Positions 57,288 to 64,000 of a stretch of DNA of 64,000 bases are shown one piece after another (the first letter of the stretch is position 1; the number at the start of each line of letters is the position of its first letter). Source of the DNA: Candidatus Moranbacteria bacterium GW2011_GWE2_35_2- (GTDB lineage: Bacteria; Patescibacteriota; Minisyncoccia; Moranbacterales; UBA9337). Below the pieces are notes generated by a model. It was given only the letters and a program-made list of their open reading frames with translations, ran no database searches and had not been told where the DNA came from. The stretch is from contig LBQD01000003.1 of assembly GCA_000990585.1 (NCBI GenBank), forward strand, positions 79,504 through 143,503. Reading direction: 5' to 3'. Made by a program: the position numbers and the translations under genes.

Positions 57288-57679
57288 ATTATTTCTTTTT
57301 TAGCATAAAAGGTGATTGCTATTGTTAGTATTGTCGTAATGATAATTTCCCATAGAGAAAAACCGAAAAGGGAAAGAAAGATTATAATTAAAAATAAAAC
57401 AAACAACAACCAAAAGGTTAAGCTGTTTTCTTCTTGTGGAGTCGTTGAGATATCTTCTTGTCCTGACTTTTTCGACAAAAAAGCGGAAATGATAATCGTT
57501 GCAATTAGAATCCAAGTTAGAATTGTCATGCTTATATGAGAAGAAATTATTCCCGGAAGGATTGCTTCGGCCAGCAGAATCATTCCATAGGAAAACATAA
57601 AAAGAATCAAAAAATCTCGAGAGAGTTTTGAAAGAATAATGATTAGATTTTTATTATTTGTGATTTTTGCGATATTCAT
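57284..57679 (-). CDS. small integral membrane protein
   Basis: 131 aa with 4 TM helices. Confidence 0.35.
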   Translation of the reverse strand: MNIAKITNNKNLIIILSKLSRDFLILFMFSYGMILLAEAILPGIISSHISMTILTWILIATIIISAFLSKKSGQEDISTTPQEENSLTFWLLFVLFLIIIFLSLFGFSLWEIIITTILTIAITFYAKKEII

Positions 57680-58653
57680 CTTCGTGTAAGATATTTTAGA
57701 ATGATTCTGTTTTTTATTTTGCTTAGTGAATTTCTGATATTATTCCAAGTTATTTTTTCTCCAAGTTGAATTCTGACTTGTTCCGGCTGTGTCTGTTTTT
57801 CTAAATCAAGATAAATTCGATAGTCTTTTCCCGGATAATTGACGAAATCTTCAATTGAAATCTGGCAATTATATCTCTCGAAAATAATATCATCTGACAG
57901 AGAGCAGCTTTGTCCGTTTGTAATTGCCGATTCGATAACAGAAACCGAAGATTTATTTTTCAGATACGAATCAATTATTTCTTTTGAGCCCTTGATTTCT
58001 CTTTTTTGTCCTTTTGAAATATAAAAATATTTGTTAGTATCTGTGGTATAAAAAATTGTTCCATCCGGGTGGACATCATTTATATTTATTAATGAACCTT
58101 TTTCATATTTTGATAAAGATTCTTCGTCAAATGGCACGACATCGCTCCATTTATAGCCAAAAGCCTCAAAGGTTGTTGGACTGTCGATTGGGAGTTTTTG
58201 GTTTTCGTGAATTATATAGACTGTTTCTTGTGAAGAAACGAGTCTTCCATTATCCGGATTGAGATTTGATGCGGATATTTCTTTTGTAAAGTCTTCTCCT
58301 TGCGGGTAAAAAAAGGCTTGATAAGACTTGTTAATAGAGGCACTACCTATTTCATTATTTTTTTCTTGAAAATTTTTATTTTCAAAAAATATTTTTGCTT
58401 CGGAAAAATCATTTATTGAGGAAGCGAAAAGAGTAATTGCGTCATTAGATCGTTGAAAATTTTTCAAGTTATTTTTGTTGCTTTCCGGATTATCGAAAGA
58501 AAAATTGAAATCCTGAGAGGATAGCAGGACTTTATATGAAAGATAAATTCCGGCAAACAAAAAGGTGATCACCAGAAATATTCTGGAAATTTGATATGCC
58601 TGCTGCCAATTTTTCGGTAATTTTTGCATAGTTGTGTTATTTCTCAATCTCAA
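57676..58653 (-). CDS. hypothetical membrane-anchored protein
   Basis: N-terminal TM, then a soluble domain. Confidence 0.35.
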   Translation of the reverse strand: MRLRNNTTMQKLPKNWQQAYQISRIFLVITFLFAGIYLSYKVLLSSQDFNFSFDNPESNKNNLKNFQRSNDAITLFASSINDFSEAKIFFENKNFQEKNNEIGSASINKSYQAFFYPQGEDFTKEISASNLNPDNGRLVSSQETVYIIHENQKLPIDSPTTFEAFGYKWSDVVPFDEESLSKYEKGSLININDVHPDGTIFYTTDTNKYFYISKGQKREIKGSKEIIDSYLKNKSSVSVIESAITNGQSCSLSDDIIFERYNCQISIEDFVNYPGKDYRIYLDLEKQTQPEQVRIQLGEKITWNNIRNSLSKIKNRIILKYLTRR

Positions 58654-60538
58654 ATATTACGCCGGAAACGATTTCATATTTTTTGCTTGCAAATTTCAAT
58701 TCTAAATTTTCATCATCTTCATTATTCTCCAATCTGTGTGTTTGCAGGGAATAATTTTTCAAAAAATGCATTCGAGATTCTATCGGGCTGTTTTGATAAA
58801 ACGCGATATTTTTATCGGGAGCTATTAAATATATTCTATCAAATTTTTCCAAATTAAGCTTGTCGAAGTCTTGCGGGTTGAAAAAATAGACGGAATTTTT
58901 TTCAAAAATAAAATTCATCGGACCGCTAATCATTGCCCAACCATCTCCGCTTGCCAGACGGTCAATTAAAATTAAGTCATTGCTCGAAAAATTTTGACTG
59001 ATTTTTTTTATTTGTTCGAGCAACTTGTTGTTTTCTGAAAAATCAAGGTGGCGGACAAAAGCAGGAAGGTTTCCGGCAAGTAATAGAAAAAATATTATTA
59101 TTGCTAACAGACGGATATTTTTTCTGAAATGTAGGTGAAGTTTGGATAGAAAAAGAATAGAGTAGAAAATGAAAATAGGGAGAATGGAAAAGGCGAAGCG
59201 TCGGAGCATCCACGGGTGATCGGAAGAAATATTGGAATCGATGAGATAAATAAAAGACGGACTGGTAATCAGTAAAGGCATAAGAATCAGATATTTTTTC
59301 TTTTTCAGAAAATAAAAAATACCAACAATTCCTGCAATAAAAAATCCCAATAGTCCATAGAGAAAATAAATTTTCAAACTGTATAAAGCGGGATAAATAT
59401 ATTTTTCCAAAAGATTTGTTTCGGTGTCAAGGTTAACGATAGTGTTTTGCGTTGAACCAAAAATGGCTTTGGAAATTTCCTTGTAGAATCCTAGATTGGC
59501 ATGAAAATTTATGACGAAAATTACTGCCAGAATTATGAGCGGAATAATAGCGAAAGAAGAAATATTTTTTTTGATATATTCGCGCGCTTGAAGCGAGAAA
59601 AAGATGGCAATAAAGCTGAATACGAAAAAGGCTACTCCTTCAATTCGAGCAAAGATTAGTAATGAGGAAGAAAGAAAAAAATACCAGTATGAGCTTTTTG
59701 CGGGTTTTTGTAAAAATAAAACCAAGTTTAATATGGAAAACCAAAGCAGGGTTAGTGCTATATTTTCAGTGAGAGTGAATTTTGCTATCCAGAAAAATGA
59801 AAAACTTGTTAGTAGTAGAAGTATTCCAAATGTGGCGCATTTTTTGGCGACAAATATTCGCAGAAGTAAATAAAAAGAGCAAGCAAAAAGGAAAAAGAGT
59901 ATTGCATTCGCAATGATCAATCCGAGTAGTCCCAGTCCAAATATTGAAAAAAATACAGCCAGCCAGCCTATATAGACTAACGGAAATTGAGTTATTAGTG
60001 TCCCATTTTCAGTGTAGTGAAATCCGGGAAAGTTGAGCGCTTTGCCTGGTCCGTATATTTTGAAAAATTCTTGACTGGCGGGGGTGGAAAATTCCAGTTG
60101 GTGGTTTTGCGCCAAGCGGATAGCAGCTTCACTGATTGATCCCTGATCGCGTCCGGAAAAAACGGTCGGAGTGGAAAAGAAAGAAACTGCAATAGCAATA
60201 ATCGCGATTGCTAAATATATAATGATCATTTCTTTGGAAATTCGAAAGCGTTTTTTTCTAATAGAGCGAAGTAGGTAGGAAATTCCGAAAATAAAATAAG
60301 CTTCAAAAATATATTCGTAAAAAAGTCCCGATAGTGATAGAGTGAACGCTAAAAATCCCAATCCCAGCCAAAATAAAAAAAAGCGAGAATAGATTTTGTA
60401 ATCGGATGTGGCAAGTATGTTTTTTCTTTGATTTTCCATATTTAAAATATACATTGTCTTGGCGGATAAGTAAACCGAGAGAGAGGTTCTTGATAAATTT
60501 TTTGTATTGACAAAAAAGAATTTGTCTGCTAGAATCAC
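58637..60538 (-). CDS. polytopic membrane protein, possible PMT/ArnT-type glycosyltransferase
   Basis: More than 10 TM helices plus a C-terminal soluble domain. Within the glycosylation cluster. Family assignment is tentative. Confidence 0.35.
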   Translation of the reverse strand: MILADKFFFVNTKNLSRTSLSVYLSAKTMYILNMENQRKNILATSDYKIYSRFFLFWLGLGFLAFTLSLSGLFYEYIFEAYFIFGISYLLRSIRKKRFRISKEMIIIYLAIAIIAIAVSFFSTPTVFSGRDQGSISEAAIRLAQNHQLEFSTPASQEFFKIYGPGKALNFPGFHYTENGTLITQFPLVYIGWLAVFFSIFGLGLLGLIIANAILFFLFACSFYLLLRIFVAKKCATFGILLLLTSFSFFWIAKFTLTENIALTLLWFSILNLVLFLQKPAKSSYWYFFLSSSLLIFARIEGVAFFVFSFIAIFFSLQAREYIKKNISSFAIIPLIILAVIFVINFHANLGFYKEISKAIFGSTQNTIVNLDTETNLLEKYIYPALYSLKIYFLYGLLGFFIAGIVGIFYFLKKKKYLILMPLLITSPSFIYLIDSNISSDHPWMLRRFAFSILPIFIFYSILFLSKLHLHFRKNIRLLAIIIFFLLLAGNLPAFVRHLDFSENNKLLEQIKKISQNFSSNDLILIDRLASGDGWAMISGPMNFIFEKNSVYFFNPQDFDKLNLEKFDRIYLIAPDKNIAFYQNSPIESRMHFLKNYSLQTHRLENNEDDENLELKFASKKYEIVSGVIFEIEK

Positions 60539-60564
60539 ATATCAAATTTGAATATGTAAAAAAT

Positions 60565-61221
60565 ATGACTAATAGCGTAAATATGGCTCAAAATAAGCAA
60601 AAAATTGGAACATTCTTGTTGGCGGGGTTTTTGTTGGCGGCTTTGTCGTTTCTTTTTTTGGTCGTGAGTCAGAAAAGTTTCAAGGCTTCTACTGATTATT
60701 TGGTGGTGCCGACCGGCGGGGAGGACTCAAAAGATTTTTATTCCGTGTTCAAATCAGCTGAATATGTGAACCGAGTTTTAGGGGAAGTTGTGTATAGCGA
60801 GCTTTTCATTGATCAAGTGGTTAAAACCGGAGAGGTGAATGGTGAATTTCTTCCTTTTGATCGAAAAGAAAGATTGGAAGAGTGGAGTAATCGGGTGAAA
60901 GTAGGCGGAAAATTTCAATATGGAATCGTGAGTTTTGAAGTTTTTGCCAATAGTCAAAAAGAAGCGGTGCAAATTTCCAATGCGATTGCAAAAGTAATGG
61001 AAGCCGGAGGAAGCGTGCTGGATGGAAAGGCTGATTTGCACGTGCAAATTTTGACGGGGCCGATTTGGGAAAAAAATCCGAGCGTCAAAGAAATAGTTGC
61101 TGTCGTGATCGGAGGGTTTTTGGTTGGTGTAATTTTGAGCGCGATGTGGGCGTATTATTTTGCAACAATGGGATTGCCACGGGAAGAGAAGGAATATTTA
61201 GAGAGTTTGAATGAACTTTAA
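60565..61221 (+). CDS. Wzz-like (two-TM, periplasmic domain) hypothetical protein
   Basis: TM near the N-terminus and at the C-terminus (VIGGFLVGVILSAMWAYYFA). Confidence 0.3.
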   Translation: MTNSVNMAQNKQKIGTFLLAGFLLAALSFLFLVVSQKSFKASTDYLVVPTGGEDSKDFYSVFKSAEYVNRVLGEVVYSELFIDQVVKTGEVNGEFLPFDRKERLEEWSNRVKVGGKFQYGIVSFEVFANSQKEAVQISNAIAKVMEAGGSVLDGKADLHVQILTGPIWEKNPSVKEIVAVVIGGFLVGVILSAMWAYYFATMGLPREEKEYLESLNEL

Positions 61222-61474
61222 ATTAAGAATCAAGAATTAGGAATCAAGAAGTGAGAATTAGGAATTGGAGTTTAGATAGAAAAATTTTCTTGGTGGAAGT
61301 GGTGAGTTGTTTGGAAATTGGTATGTTTTTTTTGAAACATATTCTTTCGAAGCTCACTCTTCCGCTTGGAAGTTCCAAGTGTTGGATATATTTTTTTGCA
61401 CATTAACTCACGGTCGTGAGAAAATGTGCTATAAAATAAGTTGTCTTGACAACTTAATAGGTAATCAATACAAA

Positions 61475-61502
61475 CATTACCATATTTCGTAATATGGTAA
61501 TG
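61475..61502. repeat. second copy of the 26-bp perfect palindrome ATTACCATATTTCGTAATATGGTAAT
   Basis: Identical to 5856-5881. Confidence 0.85.
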
Positions 61503-61567
61503 ATGAGATATATATGGGAAGTTAATTCCCGATATTTCAAATCAAAAACTTCTGCACTGGGAGGTGC

Positions 61568-62458
61568 GTGATGAAAAATTTTCTGAAGTATGTCGCTGTT
61601 TTATTTTTCGTTAGCGCATTTCTTTTGACAGGGTGCGCGAATAAGATTGAAGTTTTCACCGGCACTGAAATTCCGGTAGAAAATTCTGTTACGGAATTCA
61701 AAATCGATCAACCACCTGTAATGACTCTCGGTATTCCGATGGCGGATTACCGAAGTGCTCAAGAGTTTGTCGTGCCATTTTCCAGAGAGCTGGAAAATGA
61801 ATACCGATTATTTAGGGTATCCTGGATCGTTGTCGGAATTGATTCTTCGGGAAATTTATATCCCGGAGTTGGTATTCTTGAGACCGATAAGCGCAATTCT
61901 GCCGGGAACTTTTGGTGCATTGGCAAAGTTTTTGCTCCGCAAAGAGAGGGAATAAATATCTTTATTCTTTCTACGCGAGCAAAATATGCCTATGGAATTG
62001 AGGATAAAGGTATTCTTATTGACCGCAATCTTTTGGGCAATAAGGAATATCTCGCTTCGATTTTTTCCAAGGGAATTCCCCTTTCGAGTCTCTTTGAGAC
62101 TGATAGATTCGGGATTGTGACGGCGACTTGGGAGAGTAAGAGAACTCCTTTCGGATTCCTTACAACTTCTTGTGAGGATAAAGTGATTGATTCGATTGCT
62201 GTCATTAATACCGGATACTCTCCAGATGAAAGACGAATGAGAGATCGGCGAAATGTCATTGCTCCGAATCCTATCGGAATGGCAATTAGCTGGTCTGTTG
62301 ATGGATATCAGGAGATTCAAGAACAGCGCGGGGTTTTCAAAACTTCCGGCTGGGACTTTGATTCTCCAGTATCTGAAGAAGAAAAAAATCTTTTGCGACA
62401 AACTCTGAACAGTTTCAGAGCGGTTGCAAGAGTTATCGATTACGGAGGCTTACCATGA
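61568..62458 (+). CDS. lipoprotein, hypothetical
   Basis: Lipobox LLTGC after the signal peptide. Confidence 0.5.
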   Translation: MMKNFLKYVAVLFFVSAFLLTGCANKIEVFTGTEIPVENSVTEFKIDQPPVMTLGIPMADYRSAQEFVVPFSRELENEYRLFRVSWIVVGIDSSGNLYPGVGILETDKRNSAGNFWCIGKVFAPQREGINIFILSTRAKYAYGIEDKGILIDRNLLGNKEYLASIFSKGIPLSSLFETDRFGIVTATWESKRTPFGFLTTSCEDKVIDSIAVINTGYSPDERRMRDRRNVIAPNPIGMAISWSVDGYQEIQEQRGVFKTSGWDFDSPVSEEEKNLLRQTLNSFRAVARVIDYGGLP

Positions 62459-64000
62459 AATTATTTCTTACAGTTTTTGTTTCTGTTGTTCTGGCTTTGG
62501 CTGGAATAGCTGAAGCAAAGCCGTATAAAGTTGTGAAGGGTGATACGCTTAGCGGTATTGCTCTTCGTGAAATGGGTTCAGTGAAATTTATTGAGGATAT
62601 CATGAAAGTGAATTCTCAAAAAATTAAAAATTCCAAGCATATCGAGGTTGGTTGGAATATTGAAATTCCGGAATCTTCTGCGAAGGAGCAACTGGTAAAA
62701 AATATTCTGACTGTTTCCAAGAAAAAAGTAGTTGTCGCAAAAAAAGTGACAACTGGCACTAAGGAAAATCCCGCCGCTTATACTAATAGCGAAGTCGGGG
62801 ATGATCCTTGGCGCGGGAATGTTATTGAAGGCTTGAGACTTTTGGGAATTGATATTCTCGAAGGTGCTGATGTCCGTTTTTCTTACGAGGGAATGGACGA
62901 ATTGAAACCCGGAGAGGTTGTTCAGATGTTGTCCGGGAAGAATAAGGCGAAGTGGTATGAGGTGCAACTGTCTCCTGAGAAGGCGATGGTGCGCAGGCTT
63001 GGCATTATCATCAACGGAAAGCGCATTGGTGTAGTCTATCTGAAACCCGAGTGTGCCAATTGGCTTACAAGGGAAGATCTGCCGCCCGTGCCGTCAGAAC
63101 CTGCTCCTCCTGCTGCGCCCGAACCGGAAAATCCTTCGATTTCAATGCCGATCGTGGAGCCTTTTGTGCCCTTTGAGCCGTTTATACCTTGGGTGCCGGA
63201 AAAACCGCCACAGTGTCGAGATTTCGAACTGTCGTTGGGTACCGGCTTGCTCTTTGGGAGTGAGGCTAGTATGAAGGATCAATGGTATTATGGCGAGGGT
63301 ATGTACTGGAATTCTTGTTGGGGGTGGAGCCAAGGTATCGGATTCTACTTCAATGGAGATTTCGGCGATGTCGATTCTCCATACGAATGGGATAATTTTG
63401 GTATCGGACCGCAAGTCGGTCTCCGGTATCAAGGCATTATCAAGGATAAGAGCGGAGTGGTTCATCCTTTTGGATGGACTGCCAAGCTTCGCTTGATTTG
63501 GGCTAATGCCACGGGGAACAATCCTGAATCCGGTTATGATATGAGCCAAAAAGATCTTCTTCTTGGTCTGTACAATGAGTATCTGCGTCAATTGAAAAAG
63601 GGATTGATTGTCGGTATCACGTTTGAAGCATGGATGAGCTTATATTCATCTATTGATTCGACGTGGAGTGGTGATTCGCCCTCTGATAGGGCCAGAGCGG
63701 AAATCAAGATTTTCTTGCAAAAGAAAATATCCGAAGATTGGCAGATCAGAGGCGGACTCAGTTCTTTTTATCAATTCAGCGATTATACTCTTGCCGCCGG
63801 TCCTTTCGGGGAGTTTCGGTACAATGAGTGGCTGATGATTGGGGCATCTGCTTATTATCTCTTTCCGGGTGTTGTAGGTGGTCCGAGTGTCCGAATTGAG
63901 ATGGGAAATTATTTCCGTCAAAAACGTCAACAACAGATTCTCGAGGGGATTTGGGCTGTTGATGCGGATGGAAATCCCAAAGAAGTAAATCACGGCAAAA
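62455..64000 (+). CDS. secreted LysM-domain protein (3' partial at window end; absent from the ORF track)
   Basis: ATG overlaps the upstream TGA (ATGA). Signal peptide, then LysM YKVVKGDTLSGIAL. Frame open to position 64000. GC higher than average. Confidence 0.6.
   Translation, partial: MKLFLTVFVSVVLALAGIAEAKPYKVVKGDTLSGIALREMGSVKFIEDIMKVNSQKIKNSKHIEVGWNIEIPESSAKEQLVKNILTVSKKKVVVAKKVTTGTKENPAAYTNSEVGDDPWRGNVIEGLRLLGIDILEGADVRFSYEGMDELKPGEVVQMLSGKNKAKWYEVQLSPEKAMVRRLGIIINGKRIGVVYLKPECANWLTREDLPPVPSEPAPPAAPEPENPSISMPIVEPFVPFEPFIPWVPEKPPQCRDFELSLGTGLLFGSEASMKDQWYYGEGMYWNSCWGWSQGIGFYFNGDFGDVDSPYEWDNFGIGPQVGLRYQGIIKDKSGVVHPFGWTAKLRLIWANATGNNPESGYDMSQKDLLLGLYNEYLRQLKKGLIVGITFEAWMSLYSSIDSTWSGDSPSDRARAEIKIFLQKKISEDWQIRGGLSSFYQFSDYTLAAGPFGEFRYNEWLMIGASAYYLFPGVVGGPSVRIEMGNYFRQKRQQQILEGIWAVDADGNPKEVNHGK

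Noticed and set aside
5856-61501. The identical 26-bp palindromes as att sites delimiting a 55-kb integrated element.
   Set aside because: The interval is full of core genes, including thrS, dnaE, ribosomal proteins and the dcw cluster. The palindromes sit where terminators are expected. They are more likely a dispersed terminator or REP-like family.

Overview
This window is AT-rich and gene-dense. It looks like a small-genome, Patescibacteria/CPR-like bacterium: many short intergenic regions, core proteins carrying insertions, and a high share of secreted and hypothetical proteins.

The content is mostly housekeeping genes:
- A thymidylate-synthesis operon: dCMP deaminase, an NMP-kinase-like protein, a ThyX-like protein, Tmk and a MazG-like hydrolase.
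- gatB, miaA, miaB and thrS.
- An intein-containing dnaE.
- rnhB, rpmF, nusB, rnc and a short smc-like gene.
- rpsP, rplJ and rplL.
- A membrane-fusion/RND efflux pair, tRNA-Gln and dnaX.
- A mraZ-rsmH-ftsL-ftsI-murF division/cell-wall block.
- A cell-envelope glycosylation cluster with rmlC, rmlB and rmlD, two GT4 glycosyltransferases, a DUF4012 protein and a beta-helix protein.

The most notable feature is a complete diversity-generating retroelement (DGR) at about 15.8-18.4 kb:
- Its 230-aa target gene ends in a 116-bp variable repeat.
- A template repeat lies about 430 bp downstream.
- 13 of the 15 mismatches between the two repeats fall on template adenines.
- An Avd-like four-helix-bundle gene sits on the opposite strand.
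- A DGR-type reverse transcriptase follows.
- A G9 homopolymer lies between avd and the RT.
- A HepT/MntA toxin-antitoxin pair is adjacent.

Other unusual structures:
- A 437-aa LAGLIDADG intein in DnaE.
- A tRNA-Glu locus containing a GIY-YIG endonuclease gene, a duplicated 35-nt 5' half of the tRNA, and two copies of a 32-nt two-hairpin module sitting in anticodon-loop and T-loop contexts.
- GC-rich palindromic modules inserted in frame into miaB and the DGR RT.
- (CAAAATT)n tracts inside two coding sequences.
- Several dispersed short repeat and palindrome families.
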